Source of the DNA: an uncultured Clostridium sp. | GTDB taxonomy: Bacteria > Bacillota > Clostridia > TANB77 > CAG-508 | Direction of reading: 5' to 3' | Length of the DNA stretch: 64,000 nt | NCBI GenBank assembly: GCA_945949485.1 | Contig: CAMFER010000003.1 | Coordinates: 605-64,604 of the forward strand | Shown here: in pieces, positions 9,603 through 17,695 of the stretch | Layout: each line of letters begins with the position of its first letter | Position numbering within the stretch: the first letter of the stretch is position 1 | Made by a program: the position numbers and the translations under genes | Notes under the pieces: generated by a model | Database searches by the model: none | What the model was told of the DNA's origin: nothing | The model's input: the letters and a program-made list of their open reading frames with translations, nothing else

Positions 9603-9893
9603 ATGGAACGGAAAGAATTGAATTTTTTTGAGTATCGGACTGAAGCTATTAAGATAACAGAAAAACTTAATGAGCTTAAAGAGAAAAAAGTTGAAGAAAA
9701 AGAGTGTAGAGAACAAGTGATTTATTTGTGGAAGAGATATCTAAAAATTACTAATATTCATAAAACCACAGTATATTACTTAAGAGGAATGTTTGCACCA
9801 ATTCATCTTCAAGTTTTAGAAGAATTTAAAAAATTTCAAGAAATAGTACCATTTCTGAAATTGGCTATTGAGTACCAGGAAAAAAGCGTGTAA
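9603..9893 (+). CDS. Hypothetical protein (96 aa, orphan)
   Basis: It has its own consensus promoter, a strong SD and a bidirectional terminator. I recognise no family. It contains in-frame CGG at codons 3 and 12. Confidence 0.5.
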   Translation: MERKELNFFEYRTEAIKITEKLNELKEKKVEEKECREQVIYLWKRYLKITNIHKTTVYYLRGMFAPIHLQVLEEFKKFQEIVPFLKLAIEYQEKSV

Positions 9894-9907
9894 GTACACG
9901 CTTTTTT
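9881..9907. terminator. Bidirectional terminator between convergent genes
   Basis: AAAAAGCGTGTA-AG-TACACGCTTTTT is a perfect palindrome flanked by A and T runs. Confidence 0.75.
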
Positions 9908-9910
9908 CTA

Positions 9911-10570
9911 TTATATAAAAAATTTAATAAAACCAATAAGGATTAACAAAATACTTGAGATAATAGTAAAAACATTATTAGAAAGTTTGGAAATATTATT
10001 AATTTTATTTCCTAATAGGAAACCAACATTAATAAAAATAAATTGAAAGACACTGCAAAAAATAGGAAAAAACAAAAAATTATTATCTATCAAAGAATTT
10101 GCAATACCTATACTAAAACTATCTAAAGAAAGGGCAAAACCTAAAAAAGAAGCTTCTTTGTAATCAATAATATTCGAATTATCCAAGTCAGAAGATTGGG
10201 GGTCTTTAATAATTTTTATAGTAATTCCAAGAAATTTAATGAAGAAACTATAAATTTTAGGTTCCTTGTTTTCTTCAGATCCTTTAGAGTCTTTTTTTAA
10301 ATTCTTTTTTTTATGCAAAGTTTGAAAAAGTATAAAACTACCAATTGAAATAAAAATAAAGCTACTAATAAAATTCAAAAGGCTATTAGGCAAAAAAATT
10401 TTTAAAAGATTACTACATGCTACTGATATAAAAGCAATAAAAAAAGAAATAGCAAATAAAATAAGTTTCCCTAAAAAAGAAATTTTCATATTTCTAATAC
10501 CATATGTAATACCGATTCCCAAAGAGTCAATACTACTAGAAATGGCAAGTAGCAAAGAATTTATAAACAT
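9911..10570 (-). CDS. ytaF: YtaF-like sporulation membrane protein (MntP/DUF204 superfamily)
   Basis: Two DUF204-like halves (SSSIDSLGIGITYG.. and LSLDSFSIGIANS). ATG at 10570 lies behind the AGAGGTG SD. The longer ORF to 10657 lacks an SD. Confidence 0.7.
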   Translation of the reverse strand: MFINSLLLAISSSIDSLGIGITYGIRNMKISFLGKLILFAISFFIAFISVACSNLLKIFLPNSLLNFISSFIFISIGSFILFQTLHKKKNLKKDSKGSEENKEPKIYSFFIKFLGITIKIIKDPQSSDLDNSNIIDYKEASFLGFALSLDSFSIGIANSLIDNNFLFFPIFCSVFQFIFINVGFLLGNKINNISKLSNNVFTIISSILLILIGFIKFFI

Positions 10571-10676
10571 AAGAACACCTCTATATACCATAATATGACA
10601 AAAAGATAGAAAAGGTTTATATAAAAATGATAGTAATAAAATAAGTACAAGCCACATAGAATTTTAAAAAAGGAAG

Positions 10677-10729
10677 TTTCGGGACAGGTCCAAGTTAGAC
10701 AAAATGTCTCACTTGGACCTGTCCCGAAA
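10677..10729. repeat. GC-rich perfect 19-bp inverted repeat (plus a 5-bp inner stem) in a divergent intergenic region
   Basis: TTTCGGGACAGGTCCAAGT (10677-10695) pairs with ACTTGGACCTGTCCCGAAA (10711-10729). The loop TAGACAAAATGTCTC pairs internally. Confidence 0.9.
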
Positions 10730-10760
10730 TTCTCACTAAAGAACAGAGGAGGATAAATAT

Positions 10761-13373
10761 ATGTGGGAAACTTTAAGAAAAGAAGAGGTCATAAGAGAAC
10801 TTAAGACAGATAAGAAAGAGGGATTGAATTATGAAGAAGTGAAAATAAGGCAATTAAAATATGGAAAAAACAAGTTAAAAGATAAACCAAAAGAGAGTAT
10901 ACTTACCAAGTTTATCAAACAATTTAATGATTTTATGATAATTATACTAATAATTGCTTCAATTGTGTCTGCTGGAATTTCTTTTTTTCAACATGAAAAT
11001 GATTATATAGATTCTGTAATAATAATTGCAATTGTGGTATTAAATGCAATTATGGGAGTAATACAAGAAGAAAAAGCTCAAAAAGCTATAGAGGCTCTAA
11101 ATAAAATGACTCCACCAAAAGCAAAGGTGGTTAGAGAAAACAAAATATCAGAGATAAATGCGGAAGAATTAGTTCTAGGGGATTTAATAATATTAGAGGC
11201 TGGAAGCTATGTTCCAGCAGATTGTAGATTGATTGAAAGCCATAATTTAAAAATTGAAGAATCAACCTTAACAGGAGAAACTGAACCAGTTTTAAAAGAC
11301 TCAGATATGATATGTAAAAGAAACATTTCATTAGGAGATAAATTAAATATGGGATCTATGGCAAGTATTGTTGTTAATGGCACTGGTAAAGCAATTGTTA
11401 CTAATATAGGTATGGGTACAAACGTTGGAAAGATTGCTAATATGATAATTGAAAATGAATCACCAGAAACACCTATACAAAAAAAGTTAGGACAAGTGGG
11501 AAAAACTTTAGGAATAGTGTGCTTAGCAATTTGTTTATTTATTTTTGTTATAGGGATAATAAAGAATATAGATCCAATAGAAATGTTTATGACATCTGTT
11601 GGTTTAGCAGTAGCTGCAATTCCAGAAGGATTACCAGCTATTGTAACAATTATGCTATCAATAGGTGTTACGAAGATGGCTAAGAAGAACAGTATAATTA
11701 GAAAGCTACCAGCTGTTGAGACATTAGGAAGCTCAAGTGTAATTTGTTCTGATAAAACAGGAACTTTGACTAAAAATGAAATGACTGTTGTTGAGGTAAA
11801 TTCTAGAAACCAAGATTTTGCTCTAGAGCTTGCAACAATGTGTACTGATGCAGATTTGAAGTATGAAAATGGAAAGTATGAGATTTCTGGAGAAGCTACC
11901 GAAAAAGCTATATTAAATGCCGGAATGAAAGATGGAAAAAATAAAATAGAGTTATATCAAAAGATGCCAAGAGTAAATGAAATTCCCTTTTCTTCAGAAA
12001 GGAAGATGATGACTACAATACATAGAAATGGTGATAAATATAGAATCATCACAAAAGGAGCTCCTGATATATTAATAGATAGATGTACAAAAGAAATAAA
12101 TTCTTCATCAATTGGAAAAGCTAATATTAAGTCAAATAATTTGCAAATGGCTAAAAAAGCTTTGAGAGTTTTAGCAGTTGCATATAAAGATATAGATAGA
12201 TTACCAAGTAAAATAGATTCGACTTCAATAGAAGAGGATTTAATATTTGTAGGATTAATAGGGATGATAGACCCACCTAGAGATAATGTTAAAGAAGCAA
12301 TTAGAACTTGTAAACATGCTGGAATAAAAACAGTAATGATAACAGGTGACCATATAGAAACAGCAAAATCTATTGCGAAAGACTTAGGAATATTAATGCC
12401 TAAAGATCTGACTATAACAGGACAAGAACTAAACAATATGGCACAAGAAGAACTAGAAAGAAAAATTAAAGATTGTTCTGTGTTTGCAAGAGTTACACCT
12501 GAACATAAAGTAAGAATAGTAAAAGCATGGCAAAAGACAGGAGCAGTAGTTGCGATGACAGGTGATGGGGTCAATGATAGCCCAGCATTAAAAAAAGCAG
12601 ATATTGGAATAGCTATGGGCAAAAATGGTACAGATGTTGCAAAAAACGCTGCAGATATGATATTAGCTGATGATAATTTTGTAACAATAGTAGAAGCTGT
12701 GAAGCAAGGAAGAAATATATATGATAACATTAGAAAAGCTATACATTTCTTAATAGCAACAAATATAGGAGAAATTGTAGTTATATTATTAGGAATAATT
12801 TTAGGATTTAAATCACCACTTTTAGCTATACAACTTTTATGGGTTAATTTAGTTACAGATTCATTACCAGCAATCGCAATAGGCCTAGAGCCACCAGAAG
12901 AGAATATTATGAGAAGAAGACCTGTTAATAGCAAAAAAAGTATTTTTTCAGATGGATTATGGGGAAAAATTATTGTTGAAGGATTAATGATAGGGATTTT
13001 AACATTAGTTGCATTTAGTATAGGAAATAAATATTATAATTTAGAAACAGGAAGAACTATGGCTTTTATATCTATTGGATTACTTGAACTTGTACACAGT
13101 TTTAATATAAAAAGTGAAAAATCTATATTAAAAACTAATATATTTGAAAACAACTTTTTAATACTAAGCTTCATATTAGGAGTATTTGTTCAAACAATTG
13201 TAGTGATAATTCCAACACTTGCAAGTATTTTTGATTTAGTTAGTTTAAATTCAACACAATGGATAATAACAATTCTAATTTCAATACTTCCAATTCCTAT
13301 AATTGAACTACAAAAATGGTTTAATGGAGTAAAATTTGGGAAAGTAATTTATACTGAAAAGCAAAAAGCATAA
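10761..13373 (+). CDS. Calcium-translocating P-type ATPase (PMCA/SERCA-like, YloB type)
   Basis: 870 aa with TGES-type actuator LTGETEP, phosphorylation motif CSDKTGTLT, hinge MTGDGVNDSPALKKADIG, and 10 TM segments. Confidence 0.93.
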   Translation: MWETLRKEEVIRELKTDKKEGLNYEEVKIRQLKYGKNKLKDKPKESILTKFIKQFNDFMIIILIIASIVSAGISFFQHENDYIDSVIIIAIVVLNAIMGVIQEEKAQKAIEALNKMTPPKAKVVRENKISEINAEELVLGDLIILEAGSYVPADCRLIESHNLKIEESTLTGETEPVLKDSDMICKRNISLGDKLNMGSMASIVVNGTGKAIVTNIGMGTNVGKIANMIIENESPETPIQKKLGQVGKTLGIVCLAICLFIFVIGIIKNIDPIEMFMTSVGLAVAAIPEGLPAIVTIMLSIGVTKMAKKNSIIRKLPAVETLGSSSVICSDKTGTLTKNEMTVVEVNSRNQDFALELATMCTDADLKYENGKYEISGEATEKAILNAGMKDGKNKIELYQKMPRVNEIPFSSERKMMTTIHRNGDKYRIITKGAPDILIDRCTKEINSSSIGKANIKSNNLQMAKKALRVLAVAYKDIDRLPSKIDSTSIEEDLIFVGLIGMIDPPRDNVKEAIRTCKHAGIKTVMITGDHIETAKSIAKDLGILMPKDLTITGQELNNMAQEELERKIKDCSVFARVTPEHKVRIVKAWQKTGAVVAMTGDGVNDSPALKKADIGIAMGKNGTDVAKNAADMILADDNFVTIVEAVKQGRNIYDNIRKAIHFLIATNIGEIVVILLGIILGFKSPLLAIQLLWVNLVTDSLPAIAIGLEPPEENIMRRRPVNSKKSIFSDGLWGKIIVEGLMIGILTLVAFSIGNKYYNLETGRTMAFISIGLLELVHSFNIKSEKSILKTNIFENNFLILSFILGVFVQTIVVIIPTLASIFDLVSLNSTQWIITILISILPIPIIELQKWFNGVKFGKVIYTEKQKA

Positions 13374-13429
13374 AAAGAAAGATATAAAATTAGAAAAAGT
13401 GCTTGCAAAAACCGTATAAATATGATAAA

Positions 13430-13463
13430 ATAGCTATGTTTTGAAAAAAGCATAGCTATTTTT
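13430..13463 (+). terminator. Intrinsic terminator downstream of the ATPase gene
   Basis: ATAGCTATG / CATAGCTAT stem followed by TTTTT. Confidence 0.6.
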
Positions 13464-13517
13464 CAAATCTCTACTTACAGAAAATGTAGGTTATAAATCC
13501 ATAGGGAGGTGAAAATA

Positions 13518-13796
13518 ATGAATAAATACGAAAGTATAATCATTGTTAACCCAAATGTTGATGAAGCTGGATTAAAAGCTTTAGAAGAAAAATTTACAGG
13601 GTTAATAAACAAAAATGGTAAAGTAGAATCAGTTGAAAACATGGGAAAAAGAAAATTAGCTTATGAAATCAAAAAATTTAAAGAAGCTACATACATGTTA
13701 TTCAATTTTGAATCAGCACCATCAGAAATAGCTGAATTAGAAAGAGTTTACAGAATTACTGATGAAATATTAAAATTCATAGTAGTAAAAAAATAA
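13518..13796 (+). CDS. rpsF: 30S ribosomal protein S6
   Basis: MNKYESIIIVNPNVDE..KLAYEIKK. ATG at 13518 lies 7 nt after the GGGAGGTG SD. Confidence 0.95.
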   Translation: MNKYESIIIVNPNVDEAGLKALEEKFTGLINKNGKVESVENMGKRKLAYEIKKFKEATYMLFNFESAPSEIAELERVYRITDEILKFIVVKK

Positions 13797-13848
13797 CAAA
13801 TTAAATAAAGAAGAGGGCCTTTATTTAAAGTAAAGAAAGGTGATAAAA

Positions 13849-14277
13849 ATGAACAAAGTTATATTAATGGGAAGATTAACAAGAGATCCAGAAGTAAGAT
13901 ATACTCAAACAAATAATACACTAGTTGCTTCATTTAGTCTTGCAGTAAATAGAAGATTTGTAAGACAAGGAGAAGAAAGACAAGCAGACTTTATAAATAT
14001 AGTTGCATGGAGTAAATTAGGAGAGTTTTGTAGTAAATACTTTAAGAAAGGTCAACAAGTAGGAATTATAGGAAGAATACAAACAAGAACTTGGGACGAT
14101 GACCAAGGTACAAAACATTATATTACTGAAGTAGTAGCAGAAGAAGCATATTTTGCTGATAGTAAAAGAGAACAAGAAGCAGGAAGTTCTTCTTTTGAAA
14201 ATGCTTTTGGTAATACTGCACCAGGAAGTATGGGAGCAGATTTTGAAGTATCTTCAAACGATGACCTACCATTCTAA
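13849..14277 (+). CDS. ssb: Single-stranded DNA-binding protein
   Basis: MNKVILMGRLTRDPEVRYT OB fold with the acidic tail DDLPF, in the rpsF-ssb-rpsR context. Confidence 0.95.
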   Translation: MNKVILMGRLTRDPEVRYTQTNNTLVASFSLAVNRRFVRQGEERQADFINIVAWSKLGEFCSKYFKKGQQVGIIGRIQTRTWDDDQGTKHYITEVVAEEAYFADSKREQEAGSSSFENAFGNTAPGSMGADFEVSSNDDLPF

Positions 14278-14299
14278 AAATAGTTAGGGGGGAATTTAA

Positions 14300-14578
14300 A
14301 TGGCAGACAAAAAACAAAATAAAAGAAATAACAAAAATTATGATGAGGATTACAATCCAAGATTCAGAAAACAAAGAAAAAAAGTATGCGTATTATGCAG
14401 TGATAAAAACTTTGAATTAGATTACAAAAATCCAGAACAATTAAAGAAATTTATAAATGATAAAGGTAAAATCTTACCAAGAAGAACAACTGGAGCATGT
14501 GCTAAACATCAAAGAGATATAACACTTGCAGTAAAAAGAGCAAGACATATCGCTATATTACCATATACACAAAATTAA
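14300..14578 (+). CDS. rpsR: 30S ribosomal protein S18
   Basis: [48 protein letters not shown]. Confidence 0.95.
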   Translation: MADKKQNKRNNKNYDEDYNPRFRKQRKKVCVLCSDKNFELDYKNPEQLKKFINDKGKILPRRTTGACAKHQRDITLAVKRARHIAILPYTQN

Positions 14579-14582
14579 TAAT

Positions 14583-14622
14583 AAAAACGTAAATATTAGA
14601 TAACTAATGTTTACGTTTTTTT
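14583..14622 (+). terminator. Intrinsic terminator of the rpsF-ssb-rpsR operon
   Basis: AAACGTAAATATTAG / CTAATGTTTACGTTT stem followed by a T run. Confidence 0.8.
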
Positions 14623-14718
14623 ATATAAAAATTCATAAAATTTTAAGATTGAAAACATTTACATTAATTAAGGTATATGATATAATTTTTCATAGAAAAA
14701 ACTTAAGAGGTGAAGTAA

Positions 14719-15660
14719 TTGAATCAAATATTAAGTGTAGAAACACCAAAGAAGAAAAATAAAAAAAATAATAATGGAGGACCAATAGAAATAGAAAAAA
14801 TAGTTAGATTTTTTGCTGTTTTTATGATTTTATTTGGTATATGTTTGATAGCCAATAGTTCATATTCAATGTATAAAGATACACAAATAGCAAACAAAAA
14901 TGCTAAACCGACAATACAAGTTTCTAATACTTCTGAAAAGGAATTAACATTGAAAGTAACTCATAATAAAGCTTTATCAAAAGTTACATATTCTTGGAAT
15001 AATGAAGAGCCAAAAGGGATACAAACAAATGGAAAGAAAGAAGTAGAAGAAATAATAACAATACCAAATGGAACAAATAGATTAAAAATTTATGCAAGTG
15101 ATATAAATGGACAAGAAGTAAATTATGAACAAACATATACAGTAGAAGGAAATGTAGATATACAATTATCAACAGAAGGTAGTGGATTAAAGATATCTGT
15201 AGTAGGACAAGATGATTTATCATATATGACATATAGATGGGATGAAGAAGAAGAACAAAAAGTTGATATAAATAATACAACAATAGAGCAAACAATAGAT
15301 ATCCCAAAAGGACAACATACTTTAACAGTAATAGTTGTTGATAAAAATAATCAAACTACAACAAAAGTACAAGAAGTAAAAGGGGTTACAAAACCAGAAA
15401 TATCTATTGAAATTGATACTTCAGAAGGAGAACCAAAATTCTTTGTAAAGGTTACAGATGAAGAAGGATTAAAGAGATTAGAGTTTGTTATAGATGAAGG
15501 AACAGAAAATGAGAAAAGATATAAGCAAGAAAATTTCGAAGAAGGAACTAAAGAATTTGAATACAAATTTCCAATTCATGATGGAGAAAATAAAATACTT
15601 GTAAGAGCATATAACACAAATGATGTGTCATCTGAAAAAGGAGCAAAAGTGAATAAATAG
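14719..15660 (+). CDS. Membrane-anchored hypothetical protein with three tandem ~75-aa beta-rich (Ig-like) repeats
   Basis: TTG start after a GAGGTGA SD, and an N-terminal TM segment. Repeats share L(K/T)V..(S/R)..Y.W..EE...I......E..I.IP.G...L.V. Confidence 0.6.
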   Translation: MNQILSVETPKKKNKKNNNGGPIEIEKIVRFFAVFMILFGICLIANSSYSMYKDTQIANKNAKPTIQVSNTSEKELTLKVTHNKALSKVTYSWNNEEPKGIQTNGKKEVEEIITIPNGTNRLKIYASDINGQEVNYEQTYTVEGNVDIQLSTEGSGLKISVVGQDDLSYMTYRWDEEEEQKVDINNTTIEQTIDIPKGQHTLTVIVVDKNNQTTTKVQEVKGVTKPEISIEIDTSEGEPKFFVKVTDEEGLKRLEFVIDEGTENEKRYKQENFEEGTKEFEYKFPIHDGENKILVRAYNTNDVSSEKGAKVNK

Positions 15661-15665
15661 GAAGA

Positions 15666-15689
15666 AGACTCCTACATATGTAGGAGTCT
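15666..15689 (+). terminator. Palindromic hairpin after 14719-15660
   Basis: AGACTCCTACATATGTAGGAGTCT is a perfect palindrome. The T tract is weak. Confidence 0.5.
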
Positions 15690-15710
15690 CTTGTATGAGA
15701 AAGGAAAAAA

Positions 15711-16517
15711 ATGGGACAAGTAATATTTGATGTATTAACATATTTTATAATATATTCTTTTTTAGGTTGGATATTAGAATCGTTGTATAGATCTTTTTGC
15801 GAAAGAAAATTAATAAATACCGGTTTTCTAAGAGGACCATTTTGCCCAATTTATGGTTTTGGCGCAGCTATAATGATTTTAATATTAAAACAATTTGATA
15901 ATAATATTATATTACTTTTTATATTATCAATGTTAATGTTAACGGCCTGGGAATATTTAGTAGGAGTGATTTTAGAAAAGTTTTTTAAAACTAAATATTG
16001 GGATTATTCTAATCACAAAGTTAATTTTCAAGGGAGAATTTGTTTAACAAATTCAATATATTGGGGAATATTAGGAGTGGTATTTCTAAAATATATACAT
16101 CCTTTTATATTAAATTTATTATTACTTGTTGATCATAAGTTACTAACTTATGTGTTATCAATAATATCATTAGTATTTATAGTTGATATGATAACAACAG
16201 TTATGAAAGTTAAGAATATTTCTGCAACATTAGAAAAAATTGAGAATATAAATAAAGAAATTAGAGATAAGTTAAAAGAAATAAGAGCAATTAATAAAGC
16301 AAAAGAAGAAGATATAAAAACATCAACGGTTGAAAACATGCAAAAAATGATAGAAAAATTGAAGAAAAAGAGAAATAGAACTGTTTTAAGATTATATAAA
16401 AATGTATATCGTTTGAAGAATGCATTCCCAGCTATAAGTACAAACGAATTCACTGAAGTTTTAAATAAAAAGATAGAATTAAGAAGAAAAAAGAAAAAAG
16501 AAAAAAGAAAAAAATAA
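15711..16517 (+). CDS. Polytopic membrane protein of the putative ABC-transporter type IV (CmpB/DUF1113) family with a Lys-rich tail
   Basis: YFIIYSFLGWILESLYRSF..GFLRGPFCPIYGFGA is the family signature as I recall it. Confidence 0.6.
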   Translation: MGQVIFDVLTYFIIYSFLGWILESLYRSFCERKLINTGFLRGPFCPIYGFGAAIMILILKQFDNNIILLFILSMLMLTAWEYLVGVILEKFFKTKYWDYSNHKVNFQGRICLTNSIYWGILGVVFLKYIHPFILNLLLLVDHKLLTYVLSIISLVFIVDMITTVMKVKNISATLEKIENINKEIRDKLKEIRAINKAKEEDIKTSTVENMQKMIEKLKKKRNRTVLRLYKNVYRLKNAFPAISTNEFTEVLNKKIELRRKKKKEKRKK

Positions 16518-16542
16518 AAGAAAAAAGTAAAAATATTATAAT

Positions 16543-16569
16543 AAGACTTGAAAGTTTCAAGTCTTTTTG
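16543..16569 (+). terminator. Intrinsic terminator
   Basis: AAGACTTGAAA-G-TTTCAAGTCTT followed by TTTTG. Confidence 0.75.
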
Positions 16570-16616
16570 TATATAATGAAAATGTAAAAAAAGAAACGAA
16601 AAAAGAGGATGATAAT

Positions 16617-17552
16617 ATGGTTCAAGAAATTTATATAATAGATGATGATGATTCTTCAATTCTGATATTTAGGGAATTATTTAGAAATGATCCAGAATAT
16701 AAATTTATAAGTGTAAAAACAAATCAAATAGATATAGCTCTAAAAAATATTCCATCATTAATTGTAATAAATGAGGATGCGATAGATAGAGATGTTGTAG
16801 AATTATGCAAGAAAATAAGAAAAGATGAAGATAATACAATAACACCAGTAATTGTAGTATCATCAAAAGCAGGAAAAGACCATAGAGTAAAAATTCTGCA
16901 AGAATCAGTAGAATATTTTATAAAAAAGCCAGTTGATGAACAGTACTTGTATTATACAGTGAAAAACTTGAGTAGATTATTAGCGAGTAACAGAAGAGTT
17001 AGCCCACTTACTGGATTACCTGGAAATGTGCAGATACATGCTGAATTAAAGAAGAGGTTATCGAGAAAAGAAGATTTTTCAGTATTATATTTAGATTTGG
17101 ATAATTTTAAAGCATATAATGATGTATATGGTTTTTTAAAAGGAGATCAAATAATAGAGTTTACAGCAGATACCATAGTAAAATCTGTACATAGTGATGA
17201 ACTTGATAATTATTTTGTGGGACATATTGGTGGTGATGATTTTGTCGCAATAGTTCCAGGAACAAATTGTGAAAAATTGTGTCAAAATATACTTACACAT
17301 TTTGATAGAGAAGTGAAGAAATATTTTACAGAAGAAGATATAGAAAAAGGATATATAGAAGTTGAGAATAGGAAAGGAATAATTGAGCAATTTCCACTTA
17401 CATCTCTTTCAATTGGAGTAGTTGTTGTAGATGAGGGTAGATTCCATAATATATTAGAAATAGGTGAAGTTGGTGCTCAAGTTAAACATGCAGCTAAGTC
17501 TGTGATGGGAAGTAGTTACGCAATCGATAAAAGAAAAGAAATAACTGTATAG
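16617..17552 (+). CDS. Receiver-like domain / GGDEF-domain protein (GGDDF variant)
   Basis: ATG at 16617 after an AGAGGATG SD. REC-like N-terminus (IIDDDD..KKP), then LTGLPGN..DLDNFKAYND..GHIGGDDFVAIV. Confidence 0.8.
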   Translation: MVQEIYIIDDDDSSILIFRELFRNDPEYKFISVKTNQIDIALKNIPSLIVINEDAIDRDVVELCKKIRKDEDNTITPVIVVSSKAGKDHRVKILQESVEYFIKKPVDEQYLYYTVKNLSRLLASNRRVSPLTGLPGNVQIHAELKKRLSRKEDFSVLYLDLDNFKAYNDVYGFLKGDQIIEFTADTIVKSVHSDELDNYFVGHIGGDDFVAIVPGTNCEKLCQNILTHFDREVKKYFTEEDIEKGYIEVENRKGIIEQFPLTSLSIGVVVVDEGRFHNILEIGEVGAQVKHAAKSVMGSSYAIDKRKEITV

Positions 17553-17569
17553 AAGTTGTGTTATATGAG

Positions 17570-17606
17570 AAGCTATAGTTAAAATATTTTAACTATAGCT
17601 TTTTAT
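17570..17606 (+). terminator. Intrinsic terminator
   Basis: AGCTATAGTTAAAATA / TATTTTAACTATAGCT perfect stem followed by TTTTT. Confidence 0.85.
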
Positions 17607-17695
17607 AATGTGAAAAATATTTTAATATCAATTTAGGTTCTAAAAATAAATTGTTCAACATACACTAATTATATAGAGAAATTAGGAGGTATGTT

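Noticed and set aside
10677-10729. Possible Mn2+ (yybP-ykoY) riboswitch, given the MntP-superfamily and P-type ATPase neighbours.
   Set aside because: It is a single perfect hairpin. It lacks the four-helix architecture and the conserved loop sequences that I associate with that riboswitch.
11957-12934. 325-aa minus-strand ORF inside the ATPase gene. Similar long antisense ORFs lie at 24861-25487, 27361-27792, 28146-28556, 42902-43327, 58695-59162 and 63612-63965.
   Set aside because: They lie fully antisense to genes with unambiguous homology. Their low-complexity Leu/Ile/Phe/Ser composition is typical of the antisense frame of AT-rich, Lys/Glu-rich genes. No SD sequences precede them.
13403-13431. 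TTGCAA-17-TAAAAT as a promoter-like element for rpsF, and a possible rpsF leader RNA.
   Set aside because: The -10 overlaps the 5' arm of the ATPase terminator hairpin (13430-13463), so the assignment is ambiguous. I could not see the S6:S18-binding leader structure convincingly.
16548-16616. N-terminal extension of the GGDEF gene given in the ORF track.
   Set aside because: The extension starts inside the upstream terminator hairpin (16543-16569). The ATG at 16617 has a proper SD.
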